Under the pieces are notes generated by a model. That model did not search any database. It was not told the origin of the DNA and saw nothing but the letters and a program-made list of their open reading frames with translations. A stretch of 63,590 nt of DNA, counting the filler, from Octopus bimaculoides (Eukaryota), in NCBI RefSeq assembly GCF_001194135.2. It is 6 parts of 6 records of this genome, joined end to end, with 100 filler letters (N's around TTAATTAATTAA, not from the genome) between each part and the next. Parts side by side here need not be neighbours in the genome. Positions count along the whole stretch, not along the records: positions 24,296 to 43,872 come from NC_068993.1; positions 43,973 to 54,815 come from NC_069002.1; 4 more parts are not named here. One strand, written 5' to 3'. Both the position numbers and the translations under genes were made by a program. The first letter of the stretch is position 1. Each line of letters begins with the position of its first letter. Positions 40,386 through 54,100 of the stretch are shown one piece after another.

Positions 40386-40716
40386 TTAATGTAATCACCA
40401 GTATGGTGCCCATTCCTTTTTTAGGTCCCTTCACATAGCTGATTCTTTGAAACGTGTGTGTGCTTATTGAGAAAATTAGGGGCAAACGGAAACTGTTTGT
40501 GGGACTTAAAAATGGAAAACAGAAAGAAAATCTGTGCTGGTTTCAGTCATTTAAGACTTGCTCTTCATATTGGAATAGAATACAGAGAAAAATTGAATAA
40601 AATTAAACTAAATTTGCATAATAATCAGATGGTGTTGCGTTTTGTGTCCCGACTGTTGCTATATGGTGCCAGGAAGGTCCAATGATAGTGATACATATTA
40701 TTATTATTATTATTAT

Positions 40717-40794
40717 TCAGGTCACTGCCTGGAATCGAACTCAGAATCTTGAGGTTAGTAGCCCGTGCTCTTAACCATTATGCCATATGCCCCT
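40717..40794 (-). pseudogene. tRNA-like cassette (SINE head or tRNA pseudogene) with Pol III A and B boxes
   Basis: Minus strand GGGGCATATGGCATAATGGTTAAGAGCACGGGCTACTAACCTCAAGATTCTGAGTTCGATTCCAGGCAGTGACC: A box TGGCATAATGG, B box GAGTTCGATTCC. Acceptor and anticodon stems are imperfect, so it is not a functional tRNA. Confidence 0.75.
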
Positions 40795-40804
40795 GAATAA
40801 TAAT

Positions 40805-40872
<68 letters not shown>

Positions 40873-40927
40873 CAACAACATCGAAAAATACCTTAGAAAT
40901 GAGAACCCAGATTCGAAATTTCCCCAA

Positions 40928-40973
40928 GACACCTGATGAAGGCTGGAGGGTATATCTGCTGAAACATTGTGTT
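40928..40973 (+). ncRNA. Degenerate minimal type I hammerhead ribozyme of Penelope-LTR type
   Basis: GACAC-CTGATGA-A-GGCTG-gagggtatat-CTGCT-GAAA-CATT-GTGTT: both core boxes, an extra A after A9, stem I GACAC/GTGTT and stem II with one mismatch. The stem III palindrome ACGT appears as ACAT. Confidence 0.7.
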
Positions 40974-41479
40974 AACAACAAACAAGATGAGGACAAATAT
41001 CCGTCAAATGGAAATAATGTATCCTCTTTAAAATTTAGCTTTTTTGACAATGCAACATCTACAAGAATGGAAACGTGAAAAATGAAAATTTTGTTCAAAT
41101 AATATTGTTTCTTCCCATGAATAAAGCTTTTGCACTAGTAATTTCATTCTGTCAATAATTAAAGGTGTACAACTCTGATTTGGTTACCTTGTGCAAAATT
41201 CCAGCGCAGAGATTTTAGTTAATGACTAATAAATTATTCATTCTGTTCAATTCACAACCATTTTTATTAATTAGTTAGAGATTAGATAGCATAATTAGAG
41301 AGGCCTCTTTGTAGTCATTCCACTTCTTTAGATTCAGTGTTCAAATACTAATTAAGTCAAATTTACCTTTCACCATTCTGGGGCTTGTTTTAGACTGGGG
41401 TCTATTAAATTACTTGATCCCTTCTCCAGACTTTTTGCCCTTGGGCCTGTGTTAGAAACAGCTAGACAAAGAAAGGCAA

Positions 41480-41610
41480 TAATTTGGCAGAATCATTCAG
41501 GTGTCAAACAAAATGTCTGGTGGTAGTTGTTGCATCTCTTTAGATTCTGATTTCAAATCCTGCCAAAGTCAGTTTTAACTTTCATCATTCTGAGGTCAAC
41601 AATATAAGTA
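41480..41610 (+). mobile_element. Decayed family A SINE
   Basis: tttggcagaatcattcag...ttctgatttcaaatcctgccaaagtcagttttaactttcatcattctgaggtcaac. Confidence 0.6.
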
Positions 41611-41632
41611 CAAGTACAATATAAGTATAGCC

Positions 41633-41666
<34 letters not shown>

Positions 41667-42546
41667 NNNNNNNNNNNNNNNNNNNNNNNNNNNNNNNNNN
41701 NNNNNNNNNNNNNNNNNNNNNNNNNNNNNNNNNNNNNNNNNNNNNNNNNNNNNNNNNNNNNNNNNNNNNNNNNNNNNNNNNNNNNNNNNNNNNNNNNNNN
41801 NNNNNNNNNNNNNNNNNNNNNNNNNNNNNNNNNNNNNNNNNNNNNNNNNNNNNNNNNNNNNNNNNNNNNNNNNNNNNNNNNNNNNNNNNNNNNNNNNNNN
41901 NNNNNNNNNNNNNNNNNNNNNNNNNNNNNNNNNNNNNNNNNNNNNNNNNNNNNNNNNNNNNNNNNNNNNNNNNNNNNNNNNNNNNNNNNNNNNNNNNNNN
42001 NNNNNNNNNNNNNNNNNNNNNNNNNNNNNNNNNNNNNNNNNNNNNNNNNNNNNNNNNNNNNNNNNNNNNNNNNNNNNNNNNNNNNNNNNNNNNNNNNNNN
42101 NNNNNNNNNNNNNNNNNNNNNNNNNNNNNNNNNNNNNNNNNNNNNNNNNNNNNNNNNNNNNNNNNNNNNNNNNNNNNNNNNNNNNNNNNNNNNNNNNNNN
42201 NNNNNNNNNNNNNNNNNNNNNNNNNNNNNNNNNNNNNNNNNNNNNNNNNNNNNNNNNNNNNNNNNNNNNNNNNNNNNNNNNNNNNNNNNNNNNNNNNNNN
42301 NNNNNNNNNNNNNNNNNNNNNNNNNNNNNNNNNNNNNNNNNNNNNNNNNNNNNNNNNNNNNNNNNNNNNNNNNNNNNNNNNNNNNNNNNNNNNNNNNNNN
42401 NNNNNNNNNNNNNNNNNNNNNNNNNNNNNNNNNNNNNNNNNNNNNNNNNNNNNNNNNNNNNNNNNNNNNNNNNNNNNNNNNNNNNNNNNNNNNNNNNNNN
42501 NNNNNNNNNNNNNNNNNNNTATGTTTAATAACAAAATAAGAATTTA

Positions 42547-43140
42547 AGGCAGCAAGAGCTGGCAGAATCATTAAGAAGTCGAGTGAAATGCTTCATCCAT
42601 CCTCAGATTCTGAGTTAAAATCCTGCCCCAGTTGACTTTGCCTTTTTCCTGTGGTCAAAGCAATCAGCTAACTCAACCCAGTCCCCAACTAACTTTATCC
42701 AGTCCCTATTGTAGAAAAGGCAGTGACAAGTGACCAAGACCTTTGACTACATACCGTGCTTGAGAAGACCTGTCAAGCCAAGTGAGGGTGTAACCTAACT
42801 GGCACCTACTACACTCTTGGTGTGGTTGGCATTAGCAAGGGCATCCAGCTGTAGAAACCATACCAAGTCAGATCTCCCAGCTTACCATTTTTCACTCAAA
42901 CCATCCTACCCATGCCAGCATGGAAAGTGGACATTAAATGAGAATGATGACGATGATGATGATGATAAGGTGGCAAGCTGGTAAAATCATTAGTTTGATG
43001 GAGAAAATGCTTAGCATCATTTCTTCCAGCTTTGAGTTCCTGTTCTTAAATTCTTTCAGAGTCAATAAGATAAAGCACCAATCAAACAGCAGCTATCAAT
43101 GTACTTGACATCTCCACAAGACTGCTGGCTTTGTGCCAAA
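42547..43140 (+). mobile_element. SINE A, RTE 3' fragment, SINE A cluster
   Basis: SINE A heads at ~42547 and ~42968. Between them (42720-42965) lies the RTE C-terminus gtgacaagtgaccaagacctttg...cttgagaagacctgtcaagccaagtgag plus its tail. Confidence 0.7.
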
Positions 43141-43872
43141 ATTAGAAAGAATAATGTCCCAAACTACTTCCTGAATTCTCAATGGTACAACTTTGGTACA
43201 CCATTGCCTGTTGTCTTAAAGTTCTTTCGTTTTCTGATGAGAAACAAATGTAGGATGAGAAAACAATTTGATGTTGTTAGATTATTCTTGCACCAAGCAA
43301 TTTTCTCCTATTTTATTTCAAATTTTCCATTTTCTATTTATCTGGGAAATTTTGTTCTTTGTTGTGTGGTGGGGGGTAACCCCATTTTTCTTTTTATTTA
43401 TTTCATTTTCCTTTATTATTTTATTTTTATTTTTATTGTTATTTTTGCAAAGAAAAGGAAAACAAATATTTCAAAGTATGCATTTCATCTGGATCTTGTT
43501 AAATCGTTTTGTTTTGTTTTGTTTTTTACCATTTTCGATATTTCCTGCTGTTTTATTCATGTCAAACATGTTACACCTTAAAACTGTTTTTTTGAAAAAT
43601 GATTTTAAAAAAATAAATAAATAAAACAAAACAAAACAATCACATAAGCAAAAAGACAACAAAAGTAAACAACAATAAAAAATTTCTTTATAGACTTATT
43701 GAAAGAGAAAGATTTTTATCCAGACTAAATTCCAAAGAAAACCAAACTAAAATTCTAAGAAATATGCTTTCCTGTTGATAAAAGAAACCAAGTTGATTAG
43801 AATCTACCATTTTACGGGTTTTGCTTCATCGTAGCTAAACATATTTCTCCAATATGTTCAGACTCTAATGTC

Positions 43873-43972
43873 NNNNNNNNNNNNNNNNNNNNNNNNNNNN
43901 NNNNNNNNNNNNNNNNTTAATTAATTAANNNNNNNNNNNNNNNNNNNNNNNNNNNNNNNNNNNNNNNNNNNN
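43873..43972. other. Artificial scaffold linker
   Basis: 44 N + TTAATTAATTAA + 44 N. Confidence 0.95.
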
Positions 43973-46900
43973 ACGAAAGGACGAGAGAACAAACGAACGT
44001 ACGGATGTACGTTAGTAATTACGTACGAATGAAAGACCGAACGAACGAACGAACGTACGTAAGAAGGAACGAACGACTAACGTACGTACGTACGAACCAA
44101 TGAACGAAAGATCGAACAAACAAAAGAAAGAACGAATGAAAGAACGAACGAACGTACCTAAGTACGTACGTACGTACGTACGAATGAACGAACGATCGAA
44201 TGAAAGAACGAACATACGTATGTACCTACGAATGAAAGAAGCCACGAACGAACAAAGGAACGAACGAACGAAAGAACAAGCGGACTTACGTACGTACTTA
44301 CGAACGAACGAACGAACGTACGTACGTACATACGTACTTATGTACGAATGAACGAACGAACGAATGAACGGACGAACGAATGAACGAACGAACGACCGAA
44401 ATTACTTTCGTACGTAAGTACGTATGTACGAATGAACAAACCAACGTAGATACGTTCATACGTACGAACGAACGAACAAACCTAAGAATGAACCAATGAA
44501 AGAACTAATGAACGAACGGACGAACGTAGGTACGAAAAAACGCTCGAATGAACAAACGAACGAACGAACAACGAACGAACGTACGTAAATAAATATGAAC
44601 GATCGAACGAACGTACGAAATAACGAACCAACGTACGTACGTAGGCACGAAAGAACGAGAGAACAAACGTANNNNNNNNNNGAACGTACGTAAATAAATA
44701 TGAACGATCGAACGAACGTACGAAATAACGAACCAACGTACGTACGTAGGCACGAAAGAACGAGAGAACAAACGTACGTACGGATGTACGTTATTAAGTA
44801 CGTACGCACGAAAGAACGAACAAACGAACGTACGTAAGAACGAACGAACGACTAACGTACGTACGTACGTACATACGTTATTAAGTACGCACGCAGGAAA
44901 GAACGAACAAACAAACGTACGTAGGAACGAACGAACGTACGTACGTGCGTACGTACATACGAACGACCGAGCGAACGAACATACGTATGTTGATAAGTGC
45001 GTACGAACGGACGATCGAACGAACGAATGTACGTACGTNNNNNNNNNNAACAAACGTACGTACGGATGTACGTTAGTAAGTACGTACGCACGAAAGAAGG
45101 AACGTACGTAAGAACGAACGAACGACTAAAGTACGCACGTACGTACGTACGTACATACGAACGACCGAGCGAACAAACGTACGTACGTAGATAAGTGCGT
45201 ACGAACGGACGATCGATCGAACGGATGTACGTACGTACGTAAATACGTACCAAAGTACGTATGTACGAATGAACAAACGAACGAACGTACGAAATAACGA
45301 ACGAACGTACGTTCGTAGGCACGAAAGGACGAGAGAACAAACGTACGTACGGATATACGTTAGTAAGTAGGTACGCACGAAAGAACGAACGAACGTACGT
45401 AAGAACGAACGAACGACTAACGAACGTACGTACGTACGTACGTACATACGAACGACCGAGCGAAAGAACGTACGTACGTAGATAAGTGCGTACGAACGGA
45501 CGATCGAACGAACGAATGTACGTACGTACGTAAATACGTAACAAAGTAAGTATGTATGAATGAACAAACGAACGTAGATACGTACATACGTACGAACGAA
45601 CTAACCAAAGAATGAACCAATGAAAGAACTAAAGAACAAACGAAGGACGAACGAACGTACGTAAATAAATATGAACGATCGATCGAACAAACGAACGAAC
45701 GAACGTACGAAATAACGAACGAACGTACGTACGTAGGCACGAGAAGACGAGAGAACAAACGTACGTACGGATGTACGTTAGTAAGTACGTACGAATGAAA
45801 GAACGAACGAACGAACGTACGTAAGTACGAACGAACGACTAACGTACGTACGTACGAACGAACCAATGAACGAGAGATCGAACAAACAAAAGAAAGAACG
45901 AATGAAAGAAGAACGAACGTAAGTATGAACGTATGTACGAATGAAAGAACGAACGAACGAGGAAACGAACGTACCTAGGTACGTACGTACGTACGAATGT
46001 ACGTAAATACGTAGCTAAGTACGTATGTACCTACGAATGAAAGAAGCCACGAACGAACAAAAGCACGAACGAACGAAAGAACAAGCGGACTTACGTACGT
46101 ACTTACGAACGAACGAGCGGACTTACGTACGTACTTACGAACGAACGAACGAACGTACGTACGTATGTACGAATGAACGAACGAACGAATGAACGGACGA
46201 ACGAACGAACGAACGCAGGAAGGTACGTTCGTACGTATGAACGAACGAAGGAACTAACAAACGAACGTACGTACGTATTTACGAATACATGAAAGAACGA
46301 ACGAACGTACGTACGTAGGTACAAACGAGCGAACGCTTATACGTACGTATGTACGAACGAATGAACGAACAAACGACCGAAATTACTTTCGTACGTACGA
46401 ACAAAAGAACGAACAAACGAAACGACGAACTTACGTACGTCATTACGAACGAACTTACGAACGAATGAACGTACATACGTACGTATGTACGAACGATCGT
46501 ACGTACGTAAGTACGTAGGAACGAATGAACGTACGAACGAACGATCGAACGAACGTACGAACGTATGTTCGTAAGAACAAAAGAAAGAACGAACGAATGA
46601 ACGTACCTACGTACGAACGAATGAACGATTGAACGAAAGAACGTACGTACGTACGATGGGACGCACGAACGAACAAAAAAACTAACGAAGGAACGACGAA
46701 CGTACGTACGACCGACCGAACGAACGAACGAACTTATATACGTACGTGCGTACGTACGAACAAGCGAACGAACGATTGAAAGAACGAAACAACGAAAAAC
46801 GAACGTATGTTTGTACGTACGTTCATACGTACGAATGAACGAACGAACGAACGTACGAAATAACGAACGAACGTACGTACGTAGGCACGAGCGGACGAGA

Positions 46901-49900
46901 GAACAAACGTACGTACGGATGTACGTTAGTAAGTACGTACGAATGAAAGAACGAACGAACGAACANNNNNNNNNNNNNNNNNNNNNNNNNNNNNNNNNNN
47001 NNNNNNNNNNNNNNNNNNNNNNNNNNNNNNNNNNNNNNNNNNNNNNNNNNNNNNNNNNNNNNNNNNNNNNNNNNNNNNNNNNNNNNNNNNNNNNNNNNNN
47101 NNNNNNNNNNNNNNNNNNNNNNNNNNNNNNNNNNNNNNNNNNNNNNNNNNNNNNNNNNNNNNNNNNNNNNNNNNNNNNNNNNNNNNNNNNNNNNNNNNNN
47201 NNNNNNNNNNNNNNNNNNNNNNNNNNNNNNNNNNNNNNNNNNNNNNNNNNNNNNNNNNNNNNNNNNNNNNNNNNNNNNNNNNNNNNNNNNNNNNNNNNNN
47301 NNNNNNNNNNNNNNNNNNNNNNNNNNNNNNNNNNNNNNNNNNNNNNNNNNNNNNNNNNNNNNNNNNNNNNNNNNNNNNNNNNNNNNNNNNNNNNNNNNNN
47401 NNNNNNNNNNNNNNNNNNNNNNNNNNNNNNNNNNNNNNNNNNNNNNNNNNNNNNNNNNNNNNNTACGTACGAACGAACGAACTAACCAAAGAATGAACCA
47501 ATGAAAGAACTAAAGAACAAACGAACGACGAACGAACGTACGTAAATAAATATGAACGATCGATCGAACAAACGAACGAACGAACGTACGAAATAACGAA
47601 CGAACGTACGTACGTAGGCACGAGCGGACGAGAGAACAAACGTACGTACGGATGTACGTTAGTAAGTACGTACGAATGAAAGAACGAACGAACGAACATA
47701 GGTCAGAACGAACTAACGACTAACGTACGTACGTACGAACGAACCGATGAACGAAAGATCGAACAAACAAAAGAAAGAACGAATGAAAGAAGAACGAACG
47801 TAAGTATAAACGTATGTACGAATGAAAGAACGAACGAACGAGGAAACGAACGTACGTACGTACATTCGTACGTACGTACGTAAATACGTAGCTAAGTTCG
47901 TATGTACCTACGAATGAAAGAAGCCACGAACGAACAAAAGAACGAACGAACGAAAGAACAAGCGGACTTACGTACGAACGAACGAACGAACGTACGTACG
48001 TACATACGTACGTATGTACGAATGAACGAACGAACGAATGAACGGACGAACGAACGAACGAACGCAGGAAGGTACGTTCGTACGTATGAACGAAAGAAGG
48101 AACTAACAAACGAACGTACGTATGTATTTACAAATGCATGAAAGAACGAACGAACTTACGTACGTAGGTACAAACGAGCGAACGCATACACGTACGTATG
48201 TACGAACGAATGAACGAACGAACGACCGAAATTACTTTCGTACGTACGAACGACGGAACGAACGAACGAAAGAACAAACGGACTTACGTACGTACTTACG
48301 AACGAACGAACGAACGAACGTACGTACGTACATACGTACGTATGTACGAATGAACGAACGAACGAATGAACGGACGAACGAACGAACGGACGAACGAACG
48401 AACGAACGTAGGAAGGTACGTTCGTACGTATGAACGAACGAAGGAACTAACAAACGAACGTACGTACATATTTACGAATGCATGAAAGNNNNNNNNNNNN
48501 NNNNNNNNNNNNNNNNNNNNNNNNNNNNNNNNNNNNNNNNNNNNNNNNNNNNNNNNNNNNNNNNNNNNNNNNNNNNNNNNNNNNNNNNNNNNNNNNNNNN
48601 NNNNNNNNNNNNNNNNNNNNNNNNNNNNNNNNNNNNNNNNNNNNNNNNNNNNNNNNNNNNNNNNNNNNNNNNNNNNNNNNNNNNNNNNNNNNNNNNNNNN
48701 NNNNNNNNNNNNNNNNNNNNNNNNNNNNNNNNNNNNNNNNNNNNNNNNNNNNNNNNNNNNNNNNNNNNNNNNNNNNNNNNNNNNNNNNNNNNNNNNNNNN
48801 NNNNNNNNNNNNNNNNNNNNNNNNNNNNNNNNNNNNNNNNNNNNNNNNNNNNNNNNNNNNNNNNNNNNNNNNNNNNNNNNNNNNNNNNNNNNNNNNNNNN
48901 NNNNNNNNNNNNNNNNNNNNNNNNNNNNNNNNNNNNNNNNNNNNNNNNNNNNNNNNNNNNNNNNNNNNNNNNNNNNNNNNNNNNNNNNNNNNNNNNNNNN
49001 NNNNNNNNNNNNNNNNNNNNNNNNNNNNNNNNNNNNNNNNNNNNNNNNNNNNNNNNNNNNNNNNNNNNNNNNNNNNNNNNNNNNNNNNNNNNNNNNNNNN
49101 NNNNNNNNNNNNNNNNNNNNNNNNNNNNNNNNNNNNNNNNNNNNNNNNNNNNNNNNNNNNNNNNNNNNNNNNNNNNNNNNNNNNNNNNNNNNNNNNNNNN
49201 NNNNNNNNNNNNNNNNNNNNNNNNNNNNNNNNNNNNNNNNNNNNNNNNNNNNNNNNNNNNNNNNNNNNNNNNNNNNNNNNNNNNNNNNNNNNNNNNNNNN
49301 NNNNNNNNNNNNNNNNNNNNNNNNNNNNNNNNNNNNNNNNNNNNNNNNNNNNNNNNNNNNNNNNNNNNNNNNNNNNNNNNNNNNNNNNNNNNNNNNNNNN
49401 NNNNNNNNNNNNNNNNNNNNNNNNNNNNNNNNNNNNNNNNNNNNNNNNNNNNNNNNNNGTACGTACGTACATACATAGGAACGACCGAGCGAACGAACGT
49501 ACGTACGTAGGCACGAAAGGACGAGAGAACAAACGTACGTTCGGATGTACGTTAGTAAGTACGTACGAATGAAAGAACGAACGAACGAACGTACGTAAGA
49601 ACGAACGAACGACTAACGTATGTACGTACGTACGAACGAACCAATGAACGAAAGATCGAACACACAAAAGAACGAACGAATGAAAGAAGAACGAACGTAA
49701 GTATGAACGTATGTACGAATGAAAGAACGAACGAACGAACGAGGAAACGAACGTACCTAAGTACGTACGTACGTACGTACGAATGAACGAACGATAGAAT
49801 GAAAGAACGAACATACGTATGTACCTACGAATGAAAGAACCCACGAACAAACAAAGGAACGAACGAACAAAAGAACAAACGGACTTACGTACGTACTTAC

Positions 49901-51134
49901 GAACGAACGAACGAACGAACGTACGTACGTACATAAGTACGTATGTACGAATGAACGAACGAACGAATGAACGGACGAACGAACGAACGAACGTAGGAAG
50001 GTACGTTCGTACGTATGAACGAACGAAGGAACTAACAAACGAACGTACGTACGTATTTACGAATGCATGAAAGAACGAACGAACGTACGTACGTAGGTAC
50101 AAAAGAGTGAACGCATACACGTACGTATGTACGAACGAATGAACGAACGAACGATCGAAATTACTTTCGTACGTACGAACGAACGAAACAACGAACTTCC
50201 GTAGGTACTTACGAACGAACTTACGAACGAATGTACGTACATACGTACGTATGTACGAAAGAACGAACGAACGAACGTACGTTTGTACGTACGTAAGTAC
50301 GTACGAACGAACGAACGAACGAACGAACGATCGAACGAACGTACGAACGTATGTTCGTAAGAACGAAAGAAAGAACGAACGAATGAACGTATCTACGTAC
50401 GAACGAATGAACGATTGAACGAACGTATATACGATGGGACGCACGAACGAACAAAAAGACTAACGAAGGAACGATGATCGTACGTACGACCGACCGAACG
50501 AACGAACGAACGTATATACGTACGTGCGTACTTACGAACAAGCGAACGAACGATTGAAAGAACGAAACAACGAAAAACGAACGTATGTTTGTACGTACGT
50601 TCTTACGTACGAATGAACGAACGAACGAACGTACGAACGAAATAAGGAACGACCGAACGGTCGAAGGAACGAACGAGAGAACTAAATTACCTATGTACGT
50701 ACGTATGAACGAACGATCGTACGTACGTACATACATAGGAACGACCGAGCGAACGAACGTACGTACGTAGGCACGAAAGGAAGAGAGAACAAACGTACGT
50801 ACGGATGTACGTTAGTAAGTACGTACGAATGAAAGAACGAACGAACGGACGTAAGAACGAACGAACGACTAACGTACGTACGTACGTACGAACGAACCAA
50901 TGAACGAAAGATCGAACACACAAAAGAAAGAACGAATGAAAGAAGAACGAACGTAAGTATGAACGTATGTACGAATGAAAGAACTAAAGAACAAACGAAC
51001 GACGAACGAACGTACGTAAATAAATATGAACGATCGATCGAACAAACGAACCAACGAACGTACGAAATAACGAACGAACGTACGTACGTAGGCACGAGAG
51101 GACGAGAGAACAAACGTACGTACGGATGTACGTT

Positions 51135-51182
<48 letters not shown>

Positions 51183-54100
51183 CGAATGTACGTTAGTAAG
51201 TAAGTACGAATGAATACGTACATACGTACGTATGTACGAATGAACGAACGAACGAATGAACGGACGAACGAACGAACAAACGTAGGAAGGTACGTTCGTA
51301 CGTATGAACGAACGAAGGAACTAACAAACGAACGTACGTACGTATTTACGAATGCATGAAAGAACGAACGAACGTACGTACGTAGGTACAAACGAGCGAA
51401 CGCATATACGAACGTACGAACGTATGTTCGTAAGAACGAAAGAAAGAACGAACGAATGAACGTACCTACGTATGAACGATTGAACGAAAGAACGTAAGTA
51501 CGTACGATGGGAGGAACGAACGAACAAAAAACTAACGATGGAACGACGAACGTACGTACGACCGACCGAACGAACGAACTTATATACGTACATGCGTACG
51601 TGCGAACAAGCGAACGAACGATTGAAAGAACGAAACAACGAAAAACGAACGTACGTTTGTACGTACGTTCATACGTACGAATGAACGAACGAACGAACGT
51701 ACGAACGAAACAACGAACGACCGAACGATCGAAGGAACAAACGAAAGAACTAAATTACCTATGTACGTACGTATGAACGAACGATCNNNNNNNNNNNNNN
51801 NNNNNNNNNNNNNNNNNNNNNNNNNNNNNNNNNNNNNNNNNNNNNNNNNNNNNNNNNNNNNNNNNNNNNNNNNNNNNNNNNNNNNNNNNNNNNNNNNNNN
51901 NNNNNNNNNNNNNNNNNNNNNNNNNNNNNNNNNNNNNNNNNNNNNNNNNNNNNNNNNNNNNNNNNNNNNNNNNNNNNNNNNNNNNNNNNNNNNNNNNNNN
52001 NNNNNNNNNNNNNNNNNNNNNNNNNNNNNNNNNNNNNNNNNNNNNNNNNNNNNNNNNNNNNNNNNNNNNNNNNNNNNNNNNNNNNNNNNNNNNNNNNNNN
52101 NNNNNNNNNNNNNNNNNNNNNNNNNNNNNNNNNNNNNNNNNNNNNNNNNNNNNNNNNNNNNNNNNNNNNNNNNNNNNNNNNNNNNNNNNNNNNNNNNNNN
52201 NNNNNNNNNNNNNNNNNNNNNNNNNNNNNNNNNNNNNNNNNNNNNNNNNNNNNNNNNNNNNNNNNNNNCATACGGACATAGGAACGACCGTGCGAACGAA
52301 CGTACGTACATAGATATTTGCGTACGAACGGACGACCGAACGAACGAATGTACGTACGTACGTACGTACGTAAATACGTAGCTAAGTACGTATGTACGAA
52401 TGAACAAACAAACGTAGATACGTACATACGTACGAACGAACGAACTAACCAAAGAATGCACCAATGAAAGAACTAATGAACGAACGGACGAACGTAGGTA
52501 CGAAAAAACGCTCGAATGAACAAACGAACGAACGAAAAACGAACGAACGTACGTAAATAAATATGAACGATCGAACGAACGTACGAAATAACGAACCAAC
52601 GTACGAACGTAGGCACGAAAGAACGAGAGAACGTTATTAAGTACGCACGCAGGAAAGAACGAACAAAGAAACGTACGTAGGAACGAACGAACGTACGTAC
52701 GTACGTACGTACGTACATACGAACGACCGAGCGAACGAACATACGTACGTAGATAAGTGCGTACGAACGGACGATCGAACGAACGAATGTACGTACGTAC
52801 GTACGTAAATACGTACCTAAGTACATCCGTACGTACGTTAGTTCTCTCGTCCTCTCGTGCCTACGTACGTACGTTCGTTCGTTATTTCGTACGTTCGTTC
52901 GTTCGTTTGTACGTACGTACGTACCTACGTTCGTCCGTTCGTTCATTAGTCCTTTCATTGGTTCATTCTTTGGTTAGTTCGTTCGTTCGTACGTATGTAC
53001 GTATCTACGTTCGTTCCATCGTCCGTTCGTACGCACTTATCTACGTACGTACGTTCGTTCGCTCGGTCGTTCGTATGTACGTACGTACGTACGTATGTTC
53101 GTTAGTCGTTCGTTCGTTCTTACGTACGTTCGTTCGTTCGTTCTTTCGTGCGTACGTACTTACTAACGTACATCCGTACGTACGTTTGTACTCTCGTCCT
53201 TTCGTGCCTACGTACGTACGTCCGTTCGTTATTTCGTACGTTCGTTCGTATGTACGTATCTACGTTCGTTTGTTCATTCGTACATACGTACTTTGGTACG
53301 TATATACGTACGTACGTACGTACATTCGTTCGTTCGATCGTCCGTTCGTACGCACATATCTACGTACGTATGTTCGTTCGTATGTACGTACGTACGTACG
53401 TACGTTCGTTAGTCGTTCGTTTGTTCCTACGTACGTTCGTTTATTTGTTCTTTCGTGCGTACGTACTTAATAACGTACATCCGTACGTACGTTTGTTTTC
53501 TCGTTCTTTCGTGCCTACGTACGTATGTTGGTTCGTTTTTTCGTACGTTCGTTCGATCGTTCATATTTATTTACGTACGTACGTTCGTTGTTCGTTCGTT
53601 CGTTTGTTCATTCGAGCGTTTTTTCTTTCGTTCTTACGAACATACGTTCGTACATTCGTTCGATCGTTCGATCGTACTTTCATTCGTTCCTACGTACTTA
53701 CGTACGTACGTTCGTTCGTTCGTTCGTACATACGTACGTATGTACGTTCATTCGTTCGTAAGTTCGTTCGTAAGTACGTACGTAAGTTCGTCGTTTCGTT
53801 CGTTCGTTCTTTCGTTCGTACGTACGAAAGTAATTTCGGTCGTTCGTTCGTTCATTCGTTCGTACATACGTACGTATATGCGTTCGCTCGTTTGTACCTA
53901 CGTACGTACGTTCGTTCGTTCTTTCATGCATTCGTAAATACGTACGTACGTTCGTTTGTTAGTTCCTTCGTTCGTTCATACGTACGAACGTGCCTTCCTG
54001 CGTTCGTTCGTTCGTTCGTCCGTTCATTCGTTCGTTCGTTCATTCGTACATACGTACGTACGTTCGTTCGTTCGTTCGTAAGTACGTACGTAAGTCCGCT

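Noticed and set aside
40717-40794. Functional tRNA gene
   Set aside because: Acceptor and anticodon stems do not pair properly; treated as a SINE head or pseudogene.
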